A stretch of 64,000 nt of DNA, taken from positions 5,676-69,675 of IMG/VR virus record IMGVR_UViG_3300042542_002102; one strand, 5' to 3'. This DNA is from a virus. Its lineage: Duplodnaviria; Caudoviricetes. A model generated the notes under the pieces. That model made no database searches, was not told the DNA's origin, and saw only the letters and a program-made list of their open reading frames with translations. The translations under genes were made by a program, and so were the position numbers. This document shows positions 28,580 to 39,900 of the stretch, one piece after another (within the stretch, counting starts at the first letter, position 1; every line of letters starts with the position of its first letter).

Positions 28580-29172
28580 TGGAAGAACCAACATCAACAC
28601 TTAATACACCAGTCTTGTGGATTAATAAATACCTTCAAGAAAAAATTACAGAATTAACAACACTGGAAGACGTACCTTTCTTTCCAACTGGACCATCAAC
28701 TCTGGAGGCACTTCAAAGTCAGTTCCCATCTGGTGGAACTATGGCTGTTTGGGACAGAATGTTTAGAATGCGTAGAGGCGCTTTCCCTCATATAAAATGC
28801 GAACAGGTTTTGTATTATTTTTATTACACAGCAAGTAATACGACTGAAAATATGATAAGGATTCAAGAAGCAGTCTTGAGGCTAATGGATCGTGGAGACG
28901 AAAGCGCAGAAGATATTAATGCTTGGGCAAAGGGTAAAACCTTTGACGGTATGACCTGTCAGTTCTATTTCCACAACTTTAAGATATACCAACTAGAAGA
29001 GGCACGAGATATAGTCGATTTTGGAACAGCCCGAACCTATGCGGGTAACAAAATAATTATTGACTATGACTACCATCAATCATCAAATAGGTACGCTGAG
29101 ACAAACGCTTCCACAGCAGGAAGACCAAGATATAATAAAGAGGTAGTTGTAGAAGAGGGAATTCTTCCTTAA
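28579..29172 (+). CDS. Putative tail terminator protein
   Basis: Immediately precedes the major tail protein. Confidence 0.5.
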   Translation: MEEPTSTLNTPVLWINKYLQEKITELTTLEDVPFFPTGPSTLEALQSQFPSGGTMAVWDRMFRMRRGAFPHIKCEQVLYYFYYTASNTTENMIRIQEAVLRLMDRGDESAEDINAWAKGKTFDGMTCQFYFHNFKIYQLEEARDIVDFGTARTYAGNKIIIDYDYHQSSNRYAETNASTAGRPRYNKEVVVEEGILP

Positions 29173-29243
29173 AAAGGGATGCTATAATTAAGGTGAGGAA
29201 ACAAGCCCTTTTAATCCAAAAGAAAAAAAAGAGGTGAAAAAAT

Positions 29244-29861
29244 ATGGCATATACACGTGGTAGTTCAAACGATATTATCGTTGGAGCAGCAGCACTCTTC
29301 ACATATGAAGATGGCGCACTTGCAGACGCAGACATGCCAGCATACGTAGCAGGCGACTCATACAAGGATACCCTTGCAGATGAAGCAGACTTCCGTAATG
29401 TTGGTTACACAATGAATGGTTTGGAAATTCAATTCCAGCCAGATTTCGGCGAAGTAGCAGTAGACCAGGTACTTGACGTTGCTAAGTTATTTAAGCAAGG
29501 TATGCAGGTAAACCTAAATACAACATTCGCAGAATCAACACTAGAAAACCTATTGTTCGCACTAGCAGGACAAGAAGGAGATCTATCAACAGTTTCAAAC
29601 AACCCAACACTTAACCTTTCAGCAGGCGACATCGGAGATGTCCCAGTTGAGCGTGGTTTGGTAGCAGTGGGTCCAGGAACTGGAAACGCAGCAATAAATG
29701 TAGAGCGTGTTTACGTTGCCTACCGTGCACTTTCAATCGAAAGCGTATCAGTATCAGCAAAGCGTGACGAAGCAACAATGTTCGAAGTATCATTCCGCCT
29801 TCTTCCAAATGATAATGCATCATATGGAAAGATCGTAGATCGTACTTACACACCAGCATAA
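29244..29861 (+). CDS. Major tail (tube) protein
   Basis: VGYT..G.E......V.VDQ......T..AE.TLENL..AL. Promoter TGCTATAAT at 29180-29188. Confidence 0.85.
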   Translation: MAYTRGSSNDIIVGAAALFTYEDGALADADMPAYVAGDSYKDTLADEADFRNVGYTMNGLEIQFQPDFGEVAVDQVLDVAKLFKQGMQVNLNTTFAESTLENLLFALAGQEGDLSTVSNNPTLNLSAGDIGDVPVERGLVAVGPGTGNAAINVERVYVAYRALSIESVSVSAKRDEATMFEVSFRLLPNDNASYGKIVDRTYTPA

Positions 29862-29877
29862 TACAACTTAATATGAG

Positions 29878-29910
29878 AGGCTCAATCCTTCGGGGTTGGG
29901 CCTTTCTGTT
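29878..29910 (+). terminator. Intrinsic terminator with cUUCGg tetraloop
   Basis: AGGCTCAATCC-TTCG-GGGTTGGGCCT followed by TTCTGTTT. Confidence 0.85.
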
Positions 29911-29925
29911 TGGTATACTTGTATT

Positions 29926-30609
29926 ATGGCAACAACTGTTTATAATACAAAAAATATTGTTCTACAAGATGGTGTAGAGATAGAGTTGGCCCCATTAAAA
30001 ATAAAATATCTTAGACAGTTAATGGATATTTTTGATGAAGTGAGAAACTCTAAAGGAGACCTTGAAGCAATAATTGCATTGTCAAAGTGTGCAAGAATAT
30101 GCATGAAACAGTTTAGACCAGAAATCACTGAGACTCAAGAAATGCTAGAAGAGTATGTTGACTTGCAAAACATATATGACATTCTGGATATAACTGCTGG
30201 GATTAAGATTAATGAACAATCAGAAGAGCCAATTAAAAAGCAAGCGGTAGATAGTGGATCTTCTTGGGATGAACTAGATTTAGCAAAACTAGAATCTGAG
30301 GTATTTTTGCTGGGCATATGGAAAGACTATGACGAACTAGAAAGATCCTTATCTATGCCAGAGTTAATGATAACGCTATCTATAGGTAGAGAACTAAACT
30401 ACGATGAAAAGAAGTTTCTTGCAGCAATGCAGGGAGTTGATCTAGACAAAAATAATAGTAAAAGTAATGCTTGGGAAGAAATGAAAGCCAGAGTATTTAG
30501 TGGTGGACAAGCAGCCAATGCAAAAGATATTATGGCACTTCAAGGAATTAATGCACAAAAGGCTGGATTTGGAATTGGGATGGGCCTATCCTATGAAAAA
30601 ATAGAGTAA
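29926..30609 (+). CDS. Tail assembly chaperone, long form (G-like domain plus T-like extension)
   Basis: Leaderless start 6 nt after TGGTATACT (29911-29919). N-half is paralogous to 30659..30982. Confidence 0.65.
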   Translation: MATTVYNTKNIVLQDGVEIELAPLKIKYLRQLMDIFDEVRNSKGDLEAIIALSKCARICMKQFRPEITETQEMLEEYVDLQNIYDILDITAGIKINEQSEEPIKKQAVDSGSSWDELDLAKLESEVFLLGIWKDYDELERSLSMPELMITLSIGRELNYDEKKFLAAMQGVDLDKNNSKSNAWEEMKARVFSGGQAANAKDIMALQGINAQKAGFGIGMGLSYEKIE

Positions 30610-30658
30610 AAAACAAGCCTGTTTATGGTATAATTAAACAACTACAATGGAGGATAAT

Positions 30659-30982
30659 ATGAGTACAGATGTTAAAGATAAGAACGAACTTTCTCTTATC
30701 GACGGTACAAAGTTTGAAGCAAGACCACTTAAGATCTCTTTGCTTAAGCCATTTATGAAGAAGTTTTCAGGTCTTCAAGATGTAGCAGAAGACAATGACA
30801 AGTCAATGGATGTTTTGCTTGACTGTGTCCAAATTGCATTTAAACAATACTTGCCTGCATTAGCAGACAACAGAGAGGCGATTGAGGAAAATCTAGATCT
30901 TCCTACAGTCTACAAGATCATCGATGCTGCTTCAGGTATGAACCTTTCTGATGCAACAGGTCTTTTAAACTCAATCAAGTAA
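30659..30982 (+). CDS. Tail assembly chaperone, short form
   Basis: Promoter TGGTATAAT at 30626-30634, SD GGAGG. Directly upstream of the tape measure gene. Confidence 0.7.
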   Translation: MSTDVKDKNELSLIDGTKFEARPLKISLLKPFMKKFSGLQDVAEDNDKSMDVLLDCVQIAFKQYLPALADNREAIEENLDLPTVYKIIDAASGMNLSDATGLLNSIK

Positions 30983-30995
30983 AGAGGTGTTGTGA

Positions 30996-33900
30996 TTGGC
31001 TGATGTAAATGCAAATATAGGTATTAATTTTGATACCTCTAACGCATTAGCACAATTACGTCAACTACAGGCTGGATTAAGCCGATTTAACCAATCCCTA
31101 ACTCAGGGAAATGTTGCTGCAATGAATGCACAAAAGGGACTCAACTCCCAATTGATGCAGGCTATTAATGCAACTGGTAAGTTTGTAGCAACACAAAAAG
31201 ATGTAGCAACAAGCACATCTTCTTTTACGCAGGCACTTGAAAAAAATCAACTCTCAATGCGAGAGTATTTTAGATACACTGTTGCTGCTGCAACTGCTAA
31301 CACAAAAACATTTAAGGGTATGTTTGCCCAAGAGCGTGAGATCATTAACCGTGCTCGTAAAGACAGAGTAAAACTTCTACAATCTCAGTACATCCAAATG
31401 CAGGCTGCAAATGGAGATATGATCAAGGTTTTGCAGGTTATTCCAAAACACTTGCAAATGGCTGGTGGTAAGTATACAGACTATGCAACTCGAATGCAAA
31501 TGGCTGCACAAAGACAGCAGTTCCTTAATCAATTACTAAAGCAGGGCTCTACACAACTTTTAAACTTTGGTAAGAACACTCAGTGGGCTGGTCGCCAGTT
31601 AATGGTTGGTTTGACAATACCGCTTTCTATTCTTGGATCTACAGCAGCAAAAACATTTATGGAAATGGAAGAGGCTGTTCTTAAGTTTACTAGAGTTTAT
31701 GGAGATATGACAACATCTGGAGACGCAACAAATAAAGCAGTTGCAGATATTCAGAGACTTGGAAAAGAGTTTACAAAGTATGGTATCGCAGTAAAAGATA
31801 CTATGGAAATGGCAGCAACTGCTGCTGCAATGGGTTTGCAGGGAGATGACTTACAGGCTCAGGTAATTAATGCAACTAAACTTTCAGTACTTGGACAGGT
31901 AGAGCAACAGCAAGCACTTGAAACTACTATATCTTTACAGAATGCTTTTGGTATTTCTGCAGAACAACTTGCACAAAAAATTAACTTTCTTAACGCAGTA
32001 GAAAACCAAACTGTTCTTTCTATTGAAGATTTAACAATTGCAATTCCAAAGGCTGGGCCAGTTGTAAAGCAACTTGGTGGTTCTGTAGAAGACCTAGCAT
32101 TTTTCATGACTGCAATGAAAGAAGGTGGAATCAACGCATCAGAAGGTGCTAACGCACTTAAGTCTGGTCTTGCTTCCATGATTAACCCAGCAAAGAAAAC
32201 CAGCCAGTTCCTTGCAGAACTTGGAATAAATATTAAAGGAATCGTAGATTCAAATGCTGGAAATTTAAAGGGAACTGTTGTTGGTGTTGCAAGAGCACTA
32301 GACACTCTTGACCCTCTTAACCGTGCAAGAGCAATTGAGCAACTATTTGGTAAGTTCCAGTTTGCTCGTATCTCCGCATTATTTCAGAATATTGTAAAGG
32401 ATGGTTCTCAGGCATCTAGAGCACTTGACCTTGCTGGAGCATCAATTGAAGAGTTAGCAATTTTGTCTGAAAGAGAATTAAAAAAGGTTGAAGACTCAAC
32501 TGGTGCAAAGTTTAAGAAGGCAATGGAAAACCTTAAGACGCAATTAGTTCCAGTAGGTAAAGCATTCTTACAAGCAGTAACACCAATCGTTGCATTTGCA
32601 GGAAAGATTTTAGAAAAATTTAACGGATTAGGAGAAGGAACTAAAAAAGTAATAGCAATAATGATTGGTGTAATTGGTGGACTAGCACCAGTTGCTTTAA
32701 TGACGTTTGGTATTCTTGCTAACGGAGTTGCAAACCTTATCAAATTCTTTGCCATGTTACGTGGAGGAATTGCTAAACTTAATGGTTCAAACAATGTTCT
32801 TGGTGGAGGGTTTGACTATTTAACTAATCAGCAAATTGAAAACCTTGCAGAAACAAATGCTCTACACACATCCCATAGTCAATTGATATCTACTTTTAAT
32901 GTTGAAAAGGCAGCAGTAGACTCTCTTGCTGCAGCATATGGAAATGCATCTAGTCAGGCTAGAGCACTAGCAAGCAACTCTCCAGGATTATTTAACACAG
33001 TTCCAGGACCAGCAGGAGCAGTGTCAGGACTACCTAAAAAGTTTGCACAGGGTGGAGTTGTTCCAGGATCTGGAAATAGAGACACAGTCCCAGCATTGCT
33101 AACACCTGGTGAAGTTGTTATTACTAAACAAACTGCAAAAGAAAATCCAGAATTAGTTGCTGCTCTTCAAAATGGCTCTGTAATGAAGTACTCAAGAGGA
33201 ACTGGTAAATCTCCATTTTCATCAGACATAATTGCAAAACTATTTGAGCAACTAGGACTTAACTCGCAAACAGACAGACTAAGAATGCCTGTTGGCGTTT
33301 TAGAAAAAAGATATTCTGCTGCTGGAAATCTAGCACCAAAAGAAGTAAACCACGGCAAAAATGCTGCTGGAGAAATGGGACAAGATCCAGACTATCTACA
33401 AAGTGAATTTGGTAGAGACTCAATGGATGAAAACATTAGGGTTCCTTTAGAAAGAGCAGGGGCTTCAGCAGAAAGAGCATCAGAAGTATTAGCAGAACTT
33501 GAATCAACACTTGACGAAATGGTTCTTGCTTATGATGGAACAACATCTTCATGGCAGGCTGCATCTGATAAAGCATTAAAGGCAATAGAAGAAAGAACAG
33601 ATTTAACTAATAAAGAAAAAGAAATTATTAGACAGCGCATTGCACCAAAGAAAGCAGAAGATTTTATAATTCCAAGTAATCCAGTTGTTGATGTAAAGCC
33701 AGGTAGAGATGGTAAGCCTGGAGAAGCAACAATGAGAGATGAAAGAACAACAGAGGCCTACTATGCTGCAGAACAAAAGAAAAGATTAAAAGCAAAACAT
33801 CCAGAACTTTCAGATGACATAGATAGTATGGAGTTTTCTCATTACCCAGGGTCTGAATCGATGTATGGAGGAAGATCAAAGGTAGAGTCCCCAGTAGTAA

Positions 33901-36900
33901 ATAGAACAACAGTTGGACCAGATGGAAAAACAAGCAAGGAAAGACTTCCTCTATCTGAAGAACAACTAGCAATTATTGCAAAAAAGAGAGCAGAAGTAGA
34001 AGATTACAGAATTCCAAAACAAGAGGCAGAGTTAGCATCAGTTACTCCAAATGTTGTTGCTAGTGCAGAAGATAAGGCAAGAGCAGAAGCAGAGGGTGCA
34101 AAAGTTGGTGCAGCAGCAGCAGAAGGTGTAAGAGGTCCTCAAGGAACTGATGCAGGTTCTCCATCTAGAAAGGGCATAAAGGCTGGTAAAGAAATTGCTG
34201 AGGGAATTGTTCAAGGAATGCAAGAAGGAGAGGCAGGAGTTTCTGCACAATCTTCTAGGCTTGGAAGTTCTGCAGTTCCAACTGCAGCAGAGACACAAGC
34301 AAAAGTTGACAAGATGGATCTTGGAAACAAAGCATTCTACGATGATATTGATACACCAGAAATGCGTGATGAAAGACAAATTCTTAAATCTCAAGATAGA
34401 CAAAGAAGAAAACGTGGCGCTACAGGAACTGTCGGAGGTTCATCATCTGCGTCAACTAGTTCTTCTGCAACTGTTTCATTAACAGGAAGAACTGAAGCAG
34501 CAGCCGAACAGTTAGCAGTAAGTACAGAGCAAGCAGCCACAGCACAATCACAGGTTGTACAACAGATTAAGGACGAAAGTAGATCAAGAGTTACTGTTAA
34601 AGGTAATACTATTAATATTGGCAAGGCTCGTGAAGAAGCAGACAGGCTAAGTAATGAAGCATCTAATGCAGAAGCATCAGCAGCAAAACTTAGAACTGAA
34701 GCAGCAAAATGGGAAGAAGTTGCAGCACGTGAAGATGGCAAAAATATTTACACTGCTGAAAATGCTAGATTACTAAAAAAGCAGGCAGACGAAGCAGAGA
34801 TAAAAGCAGCAGAGTTAAGAATAAAAGCAGCAGAAGCAGATATCCAAGCAACCCAGTTAGAAAATGGTAATGTAACACCAAACGAAATCGTAGCAAATGG
34901 AACTGTAGAGCAAGGCGATGGTCTAAGAAGAATTGTTGATGATACAGAAAATACAGCACAATCTTCTGAAGTTGTAGCAGATCAAACAGAAGAACTTGCA
35001 GGCGTAACACAAGATGCTGTTAATGCTCAAACAGAAAATGCAACAAACCTTTCAACAGGCGCACAGATCACAAATGCAACAACTGGAAATCTTAATGATG
35101 TGCTTCAGGCAACAGATCAAACTGGTTTGGCACAAGACCAGATTGCAGACTCTTCAAACAATATTGCTAATCTTAATGAACAAATTGAAGAGCAGAAAAG
35201 AATAGAAAACGAAGAACTAAAGAAAAGAAATGCTGCTCTTTTGGCTTCTGCAGATGGAATCATTCCTGAAGGATCCCAGTCAGAAAATAAGTATATTGAT
35301 CCAACCAAAGCAACCCCTGCACAGCAGGCCTATGACGAAGTAATGGGTAGAGACCCAGGAACTAATGGTCCAGATGACCCAGGACAGATTGGCTATACAA
35401 GAGATAAGAAGGGACAGTTCTTGTTTGATCCTGAAACTGGAGAGCCAACAACACTTACTCAAAGCCAACTCAAGAAAAAGAAACGCGGAATGCGTAAAGA
35501 AAAAGTTGGAAAAGTTTCTGGCAAGGCAGCAGGAGCACTTGGAACAGCAGCAATGGTTGCTGGTATGGCAGGAGCCCCACCACAAGTTACAGCAGCACTT
35601 GGAGGCGCAGCAACAGTTGCACAGTTTGCACCAATGATTGCAGGAATGACAGGACCTCAAGGAGTTGTTGCTGCACTTGCAGCAGTAGCAGCAGGAGCAT
35701 ATTTATTCAATAAACACCTTAATAATATGGCTGCAAAAGCAGCACAATTTGCAAAAGACTTATCAGCAACAAGAGACGGCCTAAAGGCAATTGGTGAAGT
35801 GAGTGGTAAAGTAGGCGCTTCAGAAATAATGAATAAGCGTAGACAGAGAAGTCAGTATGGGAAATATGATGAAGCAGTTAAAGTTGATGATACATTTGGA
35901 AAGAATTTCCTTGGCTCTGAGCCTGGTAAGAAAGAAAAGAAACTTTTTCAAGAAAATGTAAAGCAGTTTGGAAACGATAAAGCAGTTTCTGACTTAGCAT
36001 TAAAACTTGCAACAGGTGTTGCAGATGGAGTTTTGGACAGTACTCAAGCAAATAGTATTGCAGCAAATCTTGCGCTAGAACTTAAAGATGCAAAACTAGA
36101 AATGCAAGTTATTGGACAAATACAATCATTGATTGGACCAGATGGCAAAGACCTAAAAGATAGCCCAATGGAGGCTAGAATAAACATAATGTCAAAAGCC
36201 CAATCTAGATCTACAGATCTTGAAAATCAGATTGCAGGAAAAACAGGGTTTGGAGAAAGTTCAAGAAAAGAAGTTGCAGCACTTGCAGCATTAAACATGA
36301 ATAACCTAGAACTAGCAACTATGATCGCAGATCAGGTTCAAGTTGAGTATGAAACACAAAAGAAAAAATTAGAAGCAGAAAAAGAATCTACAACAAATGC
36401 ACTACAAAAATTTAAACTATCAGAGAAAATAGCAGAACTTGATGCTCAAAATCTAAAAGACACTCAGTTTATGAACGGCATGATTGCTGATCAAATAAAT
36501 AAAAACTCAATAAGTTTTAGCAAGGTTTATAGTGGATCTGTTTGGGGCAAGCAAGCAATGCGAGAAGATGCTTTCTTTGATGCATCTAGATCTCAGGTTG
36601 AGTCTACATACAAGGGAACAGATCAAGAGGATGCAGCGAAGAAGTTCTTAAATAAAACTGAAAGACTTTCATCAGATACAACTACTGGAAAATATAACGC
36701 TAGTACTGGTCTGACTGTAAAGACTGGTTTGGGCACTGCTGAAAATGCACAAAGGTTCCAAGCAAAAATGGAAATGCTTGTTGGAAGTAAGGTTTTGAGT
36801 CCAGCAGAAGCAACAGGATACATGGACTTGTTCAGTGGCAAGTTAAACGAAATGGACTTTTTGCTAAATGCGAGCATACAAACAAGAGGTGCTGGAAAGA

Positions 36901-39900
36901 CAAAAGAGTTGTTTGGAATATTTGCAGGCTTTAGTGCTGGTGGAAGAAAGCAAGCAACATCAATTATCACAAACATAGTTATGCAAAAGAAAGATCCAGC
37001 AGAGTTTGATGCAATCATGGAAACTCTAAAAGGTATTCAGGTATTAGATGGAAACACTATTGATTTTGAAATTTTAGTTAAAACTGTTGGGCTTGCAGGA
37101 ATTGAGATCCTTAAGGATCAAATGTCTAAGGTAGAAGATTTAAAGGAAAAAGCAAAGAAAGATGGCAAAAAGGCTATGGATCTCGATGCGGTTGCTGCAG
37201 CAAATCCTACAATGTCAGCAGCAATAGATGCTTTAAAGAATAATGAAAAGTATGCTGACAAATACAAAGAATTTTTAGAATCAGACATAGAGACTCAGGC
37301 CGAATATCTACAAAAACTTGCTTCACAGTTTATGTATGAAACCACAATAAACGATAAATCACGTGATGCAGATATACAGTATTTGGCTGCACAGAAAGCA
37401 ATGAATGAAGCATATCTAAAGGGAATCACTATTGGAACAGATGCGTATACTAAAATTTTAGACAAAAATGTTGAAGCACTAAAGAAACTTTCAGATGCGG
37501 ATTTCGCAGTTGAAAAACTAGGCATCAAATCATCAAAACCAGTTGATGCAAAGATTCCTGGAGTTGGAGATATTCCAGGTGGAGGAGACAAGAAGAATCC
37601 ATTAGACTTCCTTGAAGATCTTGCTATGCGTATTAAGAATGTAAGAGACGGTGCATTTGATGCAACTCAGCCACTCAAGTCAATGCTTGCTGCACTTAAT
37701 AGCAAGAAAGCGCAAAAAGACATATCCAGAATCATGGATATGTTTGATGGTCTACAACAAAGAATGCTTAAGATGAAGGTTCCAAAAGAGTTTAGAGAAA
37801 TGATCATGGGAATGTCTGCAGAAGACTTTAAGGAACTGGCAAACCTCAAAGATAAAAAGGCAATCTTTAAATTTAAAAAGGGTAAGCCAAAAACAAAAGC
37901 AAACATTGAGGGATTAACAGAAACTGGCGATGGACTGATGAGGTTCTACAGAGAAGCACAGGTTGGAGAGGCTCAACTTGTTAATAAGGAAACTGTATCA
38001 AATATTGCTGACCAAGAAAAAGCATTTAAGATGCTAATGGCTAGTGGTTTAAGTGCAAGCGATGCCCTTAAAGAAGTTGAAGACACCGCCGTTGCGTCCG
38101 CAATTGCAGCAGAAGTTCTTGGCAAAAGTGGATCTAAAGAAATGAAGCAGTATGTAGAGGACCTTAAGAAAGCAAACTCTGAATTAGCAAGATTTGAACT
38201 TAGACAAAGAATGATTACTGCAAACGAAGAGTTTAAGTTACTTGAGCAAATGCCAAAACTTATGACAGCAATGAAGGGTGCTGGAATGTCAGCAGATCAA
38301 ATGGCAGCAGCATTAGAAGATCCAGAACTTGCGAAGCACCTAATTGAAGACTTAAAAGATGGAAAGGTAGATGCCAAAGAAATAGCAGACTACCTAAACT
38401 CTATTGAAGCCAAAAAGATTATTGATATACAAGTAAAGTACAATGCTGGAAAGTATGGAGAAGCAGCACAGCCTGGAATCGATGCAGCAGAAAGATTGTT
38501 TGCTGCACTTGAATCTGGTATTAGAAACGGCGTTGAGGGATTCTCATCTGATCAAAACAAGATAGATGTTGCAACTATTCAAAAGAACAATAAGTTAATT
38601 GCAGAAGCAGAACTTAAGGCAGCAGGATTTAGACATCAAATAGAATTAATTAATCGTGAAATTCGTGGTATGGAACGAGATATTGAAATGAACTATACAC
38701 GACCAATCGAAGAGGCTGCAGAACAAATCAGCGATATGGAAAGAGAACTAGAGATGAACCCAATCTTTGGTGATCGTGCTATAGGAAAGTTAAATGATGA
38801 AAATACAAAACTTTCTAATGACTTGGCAATCATGGCAAACCAAGCAGAAAAGATTAATGAGAGATATGATAAGCAGGCAGAAGCGCTACAAAAGGTAGCC
38901 GATATCAATGATGGAATTATTGCTCAGCAGCAAAGCCAGTTAGATCTTGCAGATGCTTTAACTCAGGGAGATATATCGGCAGCAGCAAGGGCTATGCAGT
39001 CAAGTCGTGCTGACCAAGCATCAAGAAATCAAACAGGAGTTATGGATGCACTTGAGCAGGCACGTACAAACGAAATAGAAGGTTTGCGTGGAGCAGAAAG
39101 TGGCTTGAGTCAACTGCAAATTGCTGAAAGACAGTTTGTTATAAGTCAAGAAATCTACAAGATGGAAAATGATCCAGCCAGACTTAAAATTATGGCAGAC
39201 ATCCTTGCCTTACAGGATAAGATTTATGACTTTGAAGAAGGAAGAGAAGCAGCACTCTTAAAGATTAGAGATAAGGAAGATGCAATATATAAGATCAATA
39301 AAGAGCAACTATGGCCTCTTGAAGATAGCATTGCAGACATGCAGCATCAAAATGATTTGGCACAAAGAAGACTTGATATCGATGTATCTAATTTAACTGT
39401 TTTAGGAAAATCAAGAGATCAATTTGAAAAAATAAAAGCAGAGATTGAACTTAGTGAGGTAGCAGCACAGAATCTTACTGGTGTCTTTGGAGGAATGCTT
39501 GCAGCAATTGAAGCCATTCGTGCAAAATGGGCAGAAGTTATTGCTGGAATTAAAGCAGCACAAGATTTAGCAGCAGCGCAGGCTGTAGCAGCAGGTATTA
39601 AGGCAACAGCAGATGCCGATGCTGCTGAGGTTGCAGCAGAAGAAGCAGCAGCAACTGCAGTAACAGATCCTGCAACAACAAGCAAGGCAGCAGCAGATGC
39701 ATATGCAGCAGCATTAGCCAAGGGACATATGGACGCAGCAGCAAAGGCTGCAGCAGGAGTTAGCCCAAGCAAATTAGCATCAGGAGAAAGCGGAGCAATT
39801 GGTGCAGCCTCAATTGCAGCACAACTAAAAGACGCACAGGCAAGACTTAGCAATCCAAGCAAGGCAGCAATAGAAAAAGCAGAGCGAGATGCAGCAGCAA

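Noticed and set aside
30964-31008. T-TTA-AAC slippery heptamer producing a chaperone-TMP or GT fusion
   Set aside because: The -1 frame stops after 12 codons (TAA at 31006-31008) and the TMP is in the +1 frame. At most a vestigial site.
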